This document shows positions 33,980 through 48,045 of a stretch of DNA of 64,000 bases, piece by piece (position 1 is the stretch's first letter; each line of letters opens with the position of its first letter). The translations under genes and the position numbers were made by a program. The DNA is taken from the NCBI GenBank assembly GCA_010015585.1, contig ML975173.1. One strand, 5' to 3'. The notes under the pieces are model-generated. The model saw only the letters and a program-made list of their open reading frames with translations. It was not told the origin of the DNA and searched no databases. This DNA comes from Eremomyces bilateralis CBS 781.70. Its lineage: Eukaryota.

Positions 33980-36346
33980 ATGGGCCCGAAAGCGAAGAAA
34001 GGCGGAGGGAACGAAAAGTCGAAATCGGCGGAGGAAGAGCGAGAAGATCCGCTCCAGGCAGTGGTATGTGCGGGATATACGCCCGAGGCCGTCGAAACAA
34101 GCAGAATGCTAAATTCAGCCATAGGTCCTCGCAGATGCCTTCGAGACTCGATTTCAACCGTTTACTGTCGAGCGACCACGAGTATGACTCCTTCCGAGCT
34201 TGCGACTATTACTTTCGTGATGTCTGACGGAATCGCTAGTGCTTGATCACCCTCGCGAACACGCCGCTCATACACTACACTTTGGAATTCTTAGCAAATG
34301 CAGGTGTGGAGGAGGTATATGTCTATTGCGGTTCGCATAAGGAGCAGGTGGAGGACTATATAAAGTATGGACGGAGAATTACGGCGCTTGAACCGGAACT
34401 GATGATCGGAGCAGCACCTCAAAATGGAACTCGACCTCCTCCCCATTTTCGAAACTCGAAATCATCCGGTCGACATCGAGATCGGTCGGCGACGCAATGC
34501 GCGACTTGGATAAGCGAAATATTCTGGTAAACGACTTCATCATCGTATATGGCGATCTGGTCAGCAACGTGCCTCTGGAAGCGGCTCTTGCCGAGCATCG
34601 CGCACGACGAGCAAAGGATCCTTCCGCCATCATGACCATGGTGCTCCGGGAAGCCGGAAGGCATCATCGGACGAAAGCGATCCGGAGAAAGCCAGTGTTT
34701 GTGATGGACCGGAACGAGAGTTCGAGCAACCGATGCCTGCATTACGAAGAAATGCACTCCCTACCAGGAGGCCGGTACACTAGTATCGACGAAGAGATCC
34801 TCACCTCCACTGCCTCGCTCGACATTCGCGGAGACTTGATCGACTGCGGCATTGACATCTGCACCCCGGATGTGATCGCGCAATGGAGTGATAATTTCGA
34901 CTGGGAGGTCCCACGGAGCGGATTCCTGTATGGCGTTTTGAAAGACTACGAGCTCAATGGCAAGACGATCCACGTGCATATAGTCGAGGACCACTACGCC
35001 GCCCGCGCTCAGAATATCCGTTCGTATGATGCCGTTAGCAAGGACGTCATCTCGCGATGGGCGTATCCTCTGTCTCCGGACAGCAACCTCCTCCATACGC
35101 AATCCTACAAGCTCCAAAAAGGCAACGTTTACAAGGAAGATGGCGTCATTCTGTCGAGATCCTGCATTATCAACGGCGGAACCGTTCTCGGGCAAGGCAC
35201 CAGCGTCGGGGATCGAACCAGAATTAGCAAATGTGTTATTGGACGTCGGTGTCAAATTGGCCGAGACGTTCAGTTAGAAGGCGCGTACATCTGGGACGAT
35301 ACAGTTATCGCGGACGGAGCAGATGTTCGACAGGCGATCATCGCCAATGAAGCCGTCGTGGGCAAAAACTGCAAAGTCGAACCCGGCGCATTGATATCTT
35401 ATGGTGTTCGCATTGCGGATGGGTTCACTGTGCCAGGCACAGCCAGGCTTACGAGATACAGGTCGGAGGATGATGGGAATCCGATCAAGGGAGAAACAGA
35501 CCCTGCGGCAGTGGGAGACACTGGCGAAGGCTTCCAGTTTATCGATCCGGATGCCGACGAGGAGGAGGTGGAAGCTGACACATCAGGTTTAGGTATTCCA
35601 TTTCGCCGGCCTCGCATTTTCTTCGCTGACTAGACTTGACAGGGAAACTGGCTCACATGAACCTGTCGACGGATTCCATATCGACGCTCGATTCCGAGGG
35701 AGATCTATCCGATGAGGAACCCCGACATCACGACCGGGACGCCGGAGGAAGCATGGTGTCGTTAGTATCGGACGACAGCAGCATGGCACCGCAGTCGGCC
35801 GCGGATTTCCACCATGACGCCACAGCCAGCCTGCTCGACTCATTACAGAAAGGCGACCAGCCCGAGAACATCGCCCTCGAGCTGAACGGGCTGCGGATGG
35901 CAACGAATGCCAGCGAAAGCCAAGTGCGGAAATCCGTGGTGGCCGCGTTCATGAAGCGGGTATCGCAGGTGATGGAGGACGGCGCGACGGTGCAGCAATC
36001 CGTGGAAACGGCATTAGGCAATTTCGGGGATCTGTTGAAGCGGACGATGTTCGATCAGAACCTGGAGGAGAAGAACGATCAGGTGGACTTCATGCTGCTC
36101 ATCCAGGCGGACATGGTGCATCGGAGCAAGGGGGACACGATCTTGCCGTTCGTGGCGCGGCAGTTGCATGCGATGGAGGTGGTTGAGGAGGAGGGGTTCG
36201 AGCAGTGGTGGAACGACCCGCGCAGTTCAAAGGATGCGGCGATGGTGCAAGTGAGGATGAAGACGGAGCCGTTCGTGGATTACCTACTGCAGTCGGACGA
36301 CGAGTCGGATGAGGATGAGGATGAAGAGAGCGAGGAAGACGAGTGA
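33980..36346 (+). CDS. GCD6: Translation initiation factor eIF2B epsilon subunit (5 exons)
   Basis: PLQAV-VLADAFETRFQPFT..PR-CLITLANTPLIHYTLEFL, VGDAMRDLD, DLIDCGIDIC..DNFD, a hexapeptide (LbH) region, ALELNGLRM and an acidic W2 tail. Confidence 0.96.
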
Positions 36347-37766
36347 TGAGCGCACGACTGGCAGCGTGATATCTGGGCTGCTTGGCTATACGACGTCTCG
36401 AGAGGGAACTTTCTGCAATGCCGTCACGATGTTCCTATTTCATGATAGGGATTCGACCAAACTGGAAAGGGGATCGGTTCCGGAATGTCGACACATACTT
36501 CGGCTCCTCGCATCTAATCATTCATCCCTCATAAATGGAGATTCAGCGCCCCTTCAGTTCCGCAATCGGCAAATTCTGTACAATATAAGGATAGATCCAT
36601 GCGCGTCCCATGGTCGCTTGACGACAGATCAAGTCACAAGTGAGTTCCTTGCGTGTACGGAATTGGTAGTAAGTAGTATCGTTGTCCTAGCCCGGAATGA
36701 CATCAGCAGGGGCATGGCCCGCGAGGAATCTCGTGCTAGTACGCCATCGTTACCAGACGGTATTTATGTTAATAATATCATTATTATTGATTCTCCGTGA
36801 CACAGGTTACTATTGTTCGGCATTCCTAGCGCAATGATAGTCCTTTGTGGGCATAAACGCATCTGTTCCTACCTTAGGGTTGTATGCAATCTATAATGGT
36901 AGTTAGAAGATAGAAGTAATAACTAGAGGCCTGCTCCTAATGGATGGCAGCTTGAAGATTGGAGACTTGATCCATCGTGGCTGGTCTAGGCAGACGCTGT
37001 GTTTGGGGAGAGCGACCATTTGATACCTTTGGCACTTTACTGGTGTTATCTGATACCAAGCACGTTACTGGTTACAACTCATAGCACCTATCTCCATTCC
37101 CCATAGGACGTAGGTACATAATTACCTAGATTCGCCATTCATTTGCATCCATGTCATGACCGGCAACCGGAAATAGAAATCAATACCCTACCTTACGCAC
37201 TCACAAGCAAAGCACCTCATCCTCTGAGTTCCTTTCATGTTCTCTGGCTACACACAACTCTCCATCCGGATCCTTACGTCTTTGCCTCTCCCATGTTCCC
37301 CATCGGTTCCCCTCGTTGCTACTGTTAACTTACCCACCCCACCACCATACAGTTAGCTATCCGGTGGCAAACCTGCCTGTCTTGCTTACCAGTCATCCGA
37401 TAACGAAATACGAATACTTTTGTCTTCCGACATCCAGCTCGCCAGCCCACGGAAACCGGCCTGACGCCTTGCCTTTATTGTCAACCGTCGAGGCAGAACC
37501 GGTGCCTCGCCCACCCAGCAACCACCACCTGCAACCAGCAGCGCGAACGCTTGCCAGTTCTCGTCATTCTTCGACGGGATCTCGGCCTGCCTCCGGTCTC
37601 CACCACGCTTCCGCGACGCAGTTCCAGGAAGCGGAAGCCCTCGTCCGACCATTCCGCCAGCACCGGCGTGAACCCTCCCCCGCGCAAGAAAGTCGACGTG
37701 AGCGGTGCTCAGCGCTTGAAGAAGGCCGCGTTGCCTGCGACTCCTACGACGCTGGGTTCGACTGCC

Positions 37767-39457
37767 ATGGACTCGGATGACGAGTTCAGCGGCCATTCCA
37801 GTATGGAGGGCTTTGAGGAGGACGCTTTCGATAGCGATATGAGCGACGAACTTGGTATGAGATGCCTGGGCACTTCGGATGGGCGTTGCTAACATTCCTA
37901 GTATCCGACATGGAGGTGGACGCGGACGCAGGCTTCGATTCACAGGATAAGATCATCAAACCGGGACGGAAGGCTTATGAAGTGGACTACCGGGTCTACA
38001 GCCCCGCCGAGATACGCGCGTACCAGAACGACCAGATCAACGACGTCTCCCGCATCCTCGAGCAGCCACCAGAAGCGACGGCGATCCTCCTGCGCCATGC
38101 GCGCTGGAGCAAGGAGCGGCTGATCGAATCGTACATGGACAACCAGGAGCAGGTGCTGGAGGAGTCGGGCCTCGGCGAGGATTCGGCCGGACCGCCGCGT
38201 TTTCAGCAGATTAAAGGGTTTGTGTGCGAGATCTGCTGCGAGGATGAGGAGGGCATGGATACGTTTGCGATGAAATGTGGCCATCGGTTCTGTGCCAACT
38301 GCTACAAGCAGTATCTAGCACAAAAGGTCAAGGATGAGGGGGAAGCCGCGCATATCAAGTGTCCCGGAGATGGTTGTAACCGGATAGTTGATTCAAAGTC
38401 GGTCGATCTCCTCGTGTCGACGGACCTGAAAGATAGGTATGGCACCATTTATTCTAGAGGCAAACCCATGACTAATGACGACAGGTATCAAACGCTCCTA
38501 ATCCGAACATACGTGGATGACAAGGAGAATCTCAAGTGGTGCCCGGCTCCGAACTGCGAGTATGCGATAGACTGCGGGGTGAAGCCGAGAGAGCTGGCCA
38601 CCGTCGTTCCCACCGTCCGTTGCAAGTGCAGCCATGACTGGTGTTTTGGTTGCACGCTGAACGACCACCAACCGGCGCCATGCCGGCTGGTGCGGAAATG
38701 GTTGAAGAAATGCGAGGATGACTCCGAAACCGCTAACTGGATCTCGGCTCACACCAAAGAATGCCCCAAGTGCCAGTCGACGATCGAGAAGAACGGAGGG
38801 TGCAATCACATGACGTGTCGTAAGTGTCGTCACGAGTTCTGCTGGATGTGTATGGGTCACTGGCAGGAGCATGGCAACAGCTGGTACAACTGCAATCGAT
38901 ACGAGGAGAAAAGCGGCTCGGAAGCACGCGATGCCCAGGCCAAGTCTCGGCAGTCTCTGGAACGGTACTTGCATTACTACAACCGCTACGCCAACCACGA
39001 GCAGTCAGCGCGCCTCGACAAAGACATCTACCTCAAGACAGAGAAGAAGATGACGCAACTGCAGTCGTCGTCGGGCATGTCCTGGATTGAAGTGCAGTTC
39101 CTCGAAGGAGCGTCGCAGGCCCTCCAGCAGTGCCGGCAGACACTCAAGTGGACCTATGCGTTCGCATATTACCTAGCGCGCAACAACCAGACGGAGATCT
39201 TCGAAGACAACCAGAAAGACCTGGAGATGGCGGTCGAGAACCTGAGCGAGATGTTCGAGAAGCCGGCGGACCAGCTCAAAGATCTCAAGGGGGATATGAT
39301 GGACAAGACGTCGTACTGTAACAAGCGCCGGATCATCCTACTGGAAGTGACCGCCGAGCGATTGAAACAAGGTGAGAGTCACCGCTCGGACTTTGGGACC
39401 AGTGAGGCTAACTCGCGGGCAGGCGCTTGGGAGTTTAATACGGATTTATCGGCATAA
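37767..39457 (+). CDS. Ariadne-family RBR E3 ubiquitin ligase (HEL1/ARI1-like); introns 37855-37901, 38437-38484, 39372-39422
   Basis: Acidic N-terminus, RING1 (CEICC...CGHRFCANC...CPGDGC), IBR (WCPAPNC), RING2 (ECPKCQSTIEKNGGCNHMTC) and Ariadne domain (LERYLHYYNRYANH, FEDNQKDLE). Confidence 0.96.
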
Positions 39458-40593
39458 CTGGGATCTATATGGATCGTGGGAATTCGGGCAGGAAGCCGGG
39501 AATCTGGGGGGGATTCCGTGAAGGATCTGAGGCACGGCTCGGACCATTTCATGATTGGTTCTCGACCAACCCTTGTGCCTCTTCGACAGCGTTGATTTCA
39601 TCTGGTGCATTGATAGGCGTATTATATGATCACAGCGGTAGGCCTGGTGTTTTCCGGGGAGGAACATGAATATGCATGGTGCCAACTGCAAACATAGGGA
39701 AGGAGGGCATTTACAGTTTCCAGGGACCGCACTTAGTCACTTCACTCATCGCTGCCAAGTGCCAACATCACGACGGGCAGGATTCGCAATAGAAGGGTTG
39801 ATTAGGCAGATATTCCAGATTTTATTTTCCTCGGTCAGCTGGCGGTGTTTAAGGCTATAATATCATAGGATCGTTTGTGACACAGTCTTTTTCGGATTTC
39901 AGGCTCTCACCTTACAGTACTATGGGCTGAAGGCTGAAGCCCTGAAGGCGAGAAGGGGCTGCGCCACTGATAGGGTAATCGGATGGAACATGCGGGTTGT
40001 CGAATGATCATGGATTAGAAATCTAAGATTGTATTTACCAACGATGATCTTGATTGCTAGTGTTGTTAGGGTAGATATTGCGGAAGAAAACACCATTGCC
40101 ACGTAAGCATAAGTGACGGAAGTGAGTGTTGGAGTGACGGTGAATAATTCAAGGCCTTTATATGTATTATTGTACAGTGAGAGAGAGAGATTCATACGCC
40201 CGTCAGGCCTCTCTGCGAGGCCCATGTGGGGATTATTGTACAGTATGGGTGTGACATCTGATGAAATGGAGGGAGTTCGTTGTTCAGAGTGAAGGGAAAG
40301 CACGTGCCCCCCACCTTCCTCATTCTGTTTAAAATCAGTGGTTCTTTCTCTCTTTCGCAGCGGCCGACTCAGCGCTCCACTTGTACAACCCTCCCACCAA
40401 AACCCTCCCACCACACAGACGCTCTGACACACTAGTTGCAACTCAGACTTCCACTTCCACCAGATCTCTCTCACCATCGACACCACCCACTCCATATCAC
40501 CAACCTCTCTCTCACTCACTCACCCACTCTCTCTGCCTCTCTTCAGTTGCATCATCCTCCTTCTGACCATCCTTCTCACCCTCGCCACCCATC

Positions 40594-41445
<852 letters not shown>

Positions 41446-41857
41446 AGCGGCATACCGACGGTGTAGCGAGGTGGTTCGCGAGTCTGCGACGGCGTGAGAG
41501 ACGCATCCGATCGAGGCGAGGGCCTGTGCCCTAACCGTTCTTGCAACCCGGACACGTCGATCAGGTAGAGGAAGTGCACGAGTGGACATACAAATGGAAT
41601 CACAATAGTTATCATAACCTGCTGAGCCGACTTTTCCTTATCCGTAACACTGCAAGGAGCTCGTCGAACGGCCGTTGTGGGGGGATTGCTTTTCTGACGT
41701 TTATGCATATTGGGTCTATGTTTTCTACACACGTTCCGGTCTCGGACTTCGCTGAGTTTATCTATCCTAATTTGCTCATGTCGTGTATTGGGGAGTCCAC
41801 GGGCATTTAGAACGTCCGCCACCAGAAACCAATCAATTTGTCGGTCGATATGCGTGT

Positions 41858-43649
41858 TCAAAACCGCAGTGCTGTGAAATCTGCCGCCAGTCCGCCCATT
41901 GCGGTGGGACGAAACCGTCTGATCGGTGAGAGATTTGATTTCGGTGACGACGCCTCCAACCCGCCGGACGACGCTCCGAACCGCTCGAGCAACACGCGCT
42001 CCTTCTTGTAGATGGGTTCGCAGGCCCCGACCATCGTCACCAGCATCGGACGGTCCCCGCGGCCTTGCTCATGCTCCGTGAGACTGTGCTCGAGTCGCTT
42101 CAACAGGTAGCCGAAAGTGGTTCGGATGTGTTTGATCGCGATGGCCTTGAAGCCGAGATCGTTGGACGGGTCCGCGGGATCTTGGAGGTAGAGTAAGTAC
42201 GGGTACTGAGGGTCGACGAGCGACCGTTTTTCGATCTTCCCCATCGTCTGCTCGATCGTCAGCCATGATTCATTCTAGGTTATTGATCTCACGATTTGGA
42301 CCGGTGCATCATACCTTCGCTGCCTTGCTCTTCGGATCCCCCTTTTCAATCACCCCCGGCGGCAGTACCGACGCCCCATATTTGTACGTATTGTTCTGAT
42401 GCCAGTACCGCAGCACCTTCATCAGCAACTGCGCGGGGTTCATATCCGGCATCATTTGACTACACGCCGCGGCCATCATGAACAGCGAATACGACCCCAT
42501 CCCACCCTCATGCACCGTCATCAACCCCCTCACCTCCAGCGTCGTCCGCAGCACCAAAAACACCTCCCGCAGCGCCGGACACCCCCCCAGCAACTGCCTC
42601 ACCGCGTCCATCTGCCGTTTCCGCGCGCCCGGCACCAGCGACCCCGTCACCTGCACCTTTAGCCCCGACGGCCGATGCAACGCATCCACCAATGGATACC
42701 GCGCCCAATGAATCTCCACTCCCTCCCACTCCCCCGACCGTTCCAACACATCCTTCAACCGCCCCAGACAACTCCTTAACTTCTCCTTCCCCGCCGTGGC
42801 CGTCATCGTCCCGTTCTCCAGCGCCCTACGCTCCGCGTCTTTCAGCCCGAGGTTCATGTCGATGTCCGACACCGCCGCGCTCAACCCCGTCGCCTCTGAC
42901 CCGAACGTGTCGACCGGCCGCGCGGGGAACAGCGAGTGGAGAACCCGGCTCATCGCGCGGATCACGTGCGTGCGTGCCGTGCGCTCGGCTGGGGTGGGTT
43001 GGATGTAGGCGGCAAAGGCGCGGATTTCGGCGTCGAGGCGGTCGGCGGGCGGGAGCGGTGGGGAGGAGGAGGTGGTGGACGCGGGGGAGAACCACGGCCA
43101 GGGGCCCCAGCTGGTTTGGGCGGTGAGGGGGGGGATGTAGGCACCTTCGTATTCGATGGGGGATTTGGCGTGGGGGACGGTGGTGGCGAGGGAGAGGAGG
43201 TGGCGGCCGACGATGGGGGGGATGGAAGGGGGGTGGTGGGGTTGGGGTTTGGAGGGGGAGAAGGGAGAGGGGGTGGTGGAGGTGCGGTTGGGGGTAGGGG
43301 GGAGGAGATCTTGGAGGAGCCAGTCTACGGCATCGGCACCTCGTCCTGGGGTTATCTTCGTGATAGAGAAGCCGTCGAACGAAGGTAGTGTGGGAGTTCG
43401 ATCTGGAAGGCCCGTCGCAATCGAGTCTTCTGCAGTGCTGGCGGGCGTCTCCATTGGTCTCCGCGCGGTGGCATGGAACGAGCTCCTCTGCACGAGGGGC
43501 CCATGGCGTGGTCTTTTTCTAGACACGTCGAGCCCGCTTCGATATGGGCACCCGGCGGATGCGCAATCTAGGTGTACGGAGCGTGTCGTTACGGAGGCAT
43601 CGAAAGCGGCGTTCGCCCAGACGCGGGCATGGGAGGCGGTGGTTCGCAT
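41858..43649 (-). CDS. Non-canonical poly(A) polymerase / Trf4-Cid14-like nucleotidyltransferase, possibly mitochondrial; intron 42248-42314
   Basis: FAAYIQPTPAE, catalytic FGSEATGL...SDIDM, ARYPLV, GGMGSYSL and PAP-associated LYLQDPADPSNDLG. The N-terminus is Arg/Ser-rich. Confidence 0.85.
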
Positions 43650-44448
43650 TCCCTAACCTACCAATTGGCTATGAGCTTTAGGGAGGGACGGAGTCGATGG
43701 GGCGAGGAAGGATGGAGGTTACTGACTTTGAATATGTCACGGCAAGACACCGATTTTCTATACGGACCCGAGAGAGGTCATTGCTATTGTTGTCGGGACA
43801 GGGTTTGAGAATAATACCCTGTTACGAAGGATATAAGGCGATAAGGCGATAAGGCATATATAATTATCGGATTAGTGCACATCAGTGCAAATCAGTGAAC
43901 ACTGCCACATCCTGTCGCGTGCGCACCTAAATCTACTGCGTCCAGATTCCAGAGGGGGCAGGAATTGCCGAATCTCTGATCAAGGAATTCCTTGAGGGGC
44001 CCAACGAAGATGGACAATTCATGCCTCGCGGCCTCAGGCCTCCAGGTGCTAGCTGTGGCTGGGCTGGTCTCGGCAGCCTTGCCCAGGCGTTCTATTGCAG
44101 TGACGTTGACGACGACGTGGGGCTATCAACCACCAACTCGCTCCCATCCATACGCAACTTTTCTACCTATCTCCGGTCCATCAGCCTATTGCTTCCGACT
44201 TCTAATGCCTTTGTTGCTAGCATCCCCGGTTCAATTCCTCTCTCCTTGTCCCTCTTGGTATCTTGTTTTGGTTCGTCGTCTTTGAGCAGGTTCCAGACTA
44301 GGAGTCCGTCCGCATCGACTCTCACTCATCCGACCTATACGTTACCCTTTTTCTACATTGCTTCTGAAAACGGCATTGTGAATAGCAATTGGACTGTCTT
44401 TCGCTATGTTATGACGTGTTGCTGTCGAGTAAATATCTATTCCTTCAG

Positions 44449-44564
44449 GTGAGCCCCCATTCGCTCTACTCGTACGGCATCAACCCAGGCCGACATCTGG
44501 GTGTTCATGGGTTGGAGAACCGGCTGTCCTTGTCCTCTTTGATCGCTAACTATCGTATGCGCAG
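44449..44564 (+). other. Probable 5'-UTR intron of TPS2
   Basis: CAG|GTGAGC donor, GCTAAC branch point and CAG acceptor 29 nt before the TPS2 ATG. Confidence 0.65.
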
Positions 44565-44593
44565 ATCCGATCGCAACCTCGGGCCTCGCCATA

Positions 44594-47572
44594 ATGTCTT
44601 TGTCCAGTTCTCCCAGTCCCCATAACGATCCCGTTGTAACCCCCGGCTTTCCCTTGGGAGAGAAGTCCGCCTATGTGGATGACGTCGGGGGGATGAGGGA
44701 GAGGGGAGATATCCAGTCGGTCTCAGAAGCCCGGAACTCTGGATCACCGACCCCAGTGGGTACTGTGTCGGGAACCGGTAACGACCTGATGAGCCGACTC
44801 AGCCTGACTGGCGACTCTGAGGAGAAAGAGGATGGATATTTCAACCCGAGAACCGCCCACCCGAACCTCAACCTCAGCGGCTCCATCATCTCCGCGACCT
44901 TTTGTATACCGTACGATGTTGGATTGAAACCGCGGTCAGACTGGGTAAGGATCAGCGAGTCGACATGAGATCAGCAAGAAGATTGACATCGTCAGGAACT
45001 GAAACCGAGAAGAGGCACATCCGCCCTTTACGACTCCCTGGCTTACCTCGCCTCCCCCGAATCCACATGGAACCACACCCTTGTTGGCTGGACGGGAGAA
45101 ATCAGTCAGCTCGCCGAGCCTCCCAGTACCGGACAGGCGATCATCAATGCCCTCGGCCAACTGATCCCGCTCAACAAAGCCGCTGCCCCCATCCCGGTGA
45201 ATGTCAACCGCAACCTCCCTGAACCGGAAAACCCCGAAGGCATTCGGATTACCAAAGCCGATCGAGACCGGCTGGAGAAGCAGCTCAACCAGAGCGACCG
45301 CGGCACCATGGTTCCGGTCTGGCTACTCGACGATGAAAATGAGGACCAGGATGGGAATTACCTTATCAAAGATCAGCGGCGTTGGCGACGATATCCAGAG
45401 CATCAGTTATACACCCTGTTTCATTACAAGCTCAACCAGCCAGACGACGGGCGAGCGGTGCGTAAGGCGTGGGCAGACTACTACCGGATGAACAAGATTT
45501 TCGCCGACAAGATCGTGGCGATCTATAAACCCGGAGACGTCATCATCGTCCACGATTACAATCTGCTGCTTTTGCCAAGTTTGCTGCGACAACGCCTCCC
45601 AGGGGTGTTCATTGGTTTCTATCTACATGTCCCATTCCCGAGCAGCGAGTTCTACCGGTGTCTCAGTCGACGGAAGGAGATCTTGGAAGGCGTGCTCGGT
45701 GCCAATATGATTGGTTTCCAATCGTATAGTTACTCCCGCCACTTTGCTTCTTGCTGCACGCGCATTTTGGGCTTTGAATCATCCGCAGCAGGGGTGGACG
45801 CATACGGAGCGCATGTTGCAACCGACGTATTCCCCATCGGAATAAATGCCGCCAAGGCCGAGAAAGATGCGTTCGGTGACCCATCCATCGATGAAAAAAT
45901 CAAACGGATCAAGGAGATGTATGCGGGGAAGAAGATCATCGTCGGCCGTGACCGACTCGATACCGCGAAGGGCGTGACCCAGAAACTGCAGGGTTTCCAG
46001 GCGCTCCTCGAGAAGTATCCCGAATGGCGGGATAAAGTCGTCCTCATCCAGATCACCAGCTCCAGCAGCCTGGATATGCAGACCGATGATGAAGAGACGA
46101 ACACAGTCAACAAGATTGGAGACCTGGTCCACACGATCAACGGGAAGTATGGATCACTACAGTTCTCGCCCGTCCATCACTTCCCGCAGTACGTGCCCAA
46201 GGAGGAGTACTTTGCGCTTCTGCGCGCCGCAGACGTGGGCTTGATCACGTCGGTCCGAGATGGTATCAACACGACCAGCCTCGAGTATGTGGTCTGCCAG
46301 AAAGACAACCACGGGCCGTTGATCTTGTCGGAATTCTCGGGAACGGCTGGAAGTCTCACCAACGCGATTCATGTCAACCCCTGGGACTTTGACGGGGTGG
46401 CGAATGCGATTGTATATGCCTTGACCATGAGCCCCGAGGAACGCAAAGAGCGACAGGAAAATCTCTACGCACATGTGACATCGAGCACCGTCCAGTCCTG
46501 GACCAACAGCTTCCTTCGCCGCCTCCTCGCCAACCTCGCGTCCTTCGACCAATCCTCCGCAACCCCGCCCTTGGACCGCTCGAAGCTCCTGGCGCAGTAC
46601 CGCAAAGCCAAGCGGCGGCTCTTCATGTTCGACTACGACGGGACGCTCGTCAACATCGTGCAGTCGCCCTCCGCGGCGATCCCCTCGGACCGGATCATCC
46701 GCACGCTGAAGACCCTGGCCTCCGACCCGCACAACGAGGTGTGGATCATCAGCGGCCGCGACCAGGCGTTCCTCGACGAGTGGTGGGGCCACATCTCCGA
46801 GCTGGGCCTGTCTGCAGAGCATGGCAGTTTCCTGCGGGAACCACGCACGGAGGAATGGGTCAACCTGGCCGAGGAAATGGACATGGGTTGGCAACAGGAG
46901 GTGGTCGACATCTTTCAACAGTATACGGAGCGCACTCAAGGTAACCTATCCACATTCTCCAAACCAACCCGCGATCCCTCGTTACCCCGGCTGCAACCTC
47001 CCACTAACCACCCCAGGCTCCTTCATCGAGGCGAAAAAGATCGCCCTGACCTGGCACTACCGCCGCGCTGACCCCGAATTCGGCACCTTCCAGGCTCGGG
47101 AGTGCCAAGATCTGCTCCAGGCCACCGTGGGTAAAAAATGGGACGTGGATGTCATGGCCGGCAAGGCGAACCTGGAAGTCCGGCCGCGCTTCTTGAACAA
47201 GGGCGCCATCGCCAAGCGGCTGGTGGAGCAGTATCGCGGTAACCCGGCGATGGAGCCGGATTTCGTTTTGTGCCTGGGCGACGATTTTACGGACGAAGGT
47301 AGGCATAACCTCCAGCGATACTCGGTGTTCCGTTCGTGCGCTAATCATCGATTACAGATATGTTCCGCTCCCTGCGTAACTGCCGACTGCCCTCCTCGCA
47401 GGTCTTCTCGGTCACCGTGGGCGCGAGCTCCAAGCAGACGCATGCCAGCTGGCACCTGCTCGAGCCGTCGGATGTCATATCGGTCATTCAGCTGCTCAAC
47501 GGGTCGGCGGATGCGGGGAACGTCGGGGCGGTGGCGGTGGTGGATGGGGGGCATATTCCCGACACGCGATAG
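44594..47572 (+). CDS. TPS2: Trehalose-6-phosphate phosphatase (GT20-like domain plus HAD domain); introns 44945-44995, 46941-47016, 47299-47357
   Basis: HDYNLLLLP, FYLHVPFPSSE, VGRDRLD, LILSEFSG; HAD motif FDYDGTL, IISGRD, SAEHG, GKANLEVRP and LGDDFTDEDMF. Confidence 0.96.
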
Positions 47573-48045
47573 ATCCCACGACAAAATCATGGGGCGGGTG
47601 CCTGATTAGCGTCGATGTTGCTGGGTTTGGCGACAATAGGAACGGGATGCGAGGCTCATGTTCGGACGAGCTGGATTGTATAGAAGGGACGGAATGCGGT
47701 CGATTTCGACGCGAAAAATAGACGATGTTTTTTGGCCATATGGTTGGATTGCCCAGGGGTTGGGGATCGCATTCGATGGTCATTAAGAGAGGTTCCACGT
47801 ACAAAACTGAATGAAATGTATGAGCACTAATGGGGTTGCTCTATCTAAACCCGCTCTGCTGCCCTTTGGCAGTGTCGCCCGATTGCGCCGTACCCATTCA
47901 CTGCGAACCTCGCAGGAACCCGTTTCGTAGGATAGAAATAGAAATAGAGAGGGAGATAAACCGGGAGCTGTGCTAAAATTACTCTCCCATAACCTCAAAT
48001 TGAAGTAGAGGCGTTTGCCGAGCGATTTCGTGGAAGACGTCCACT

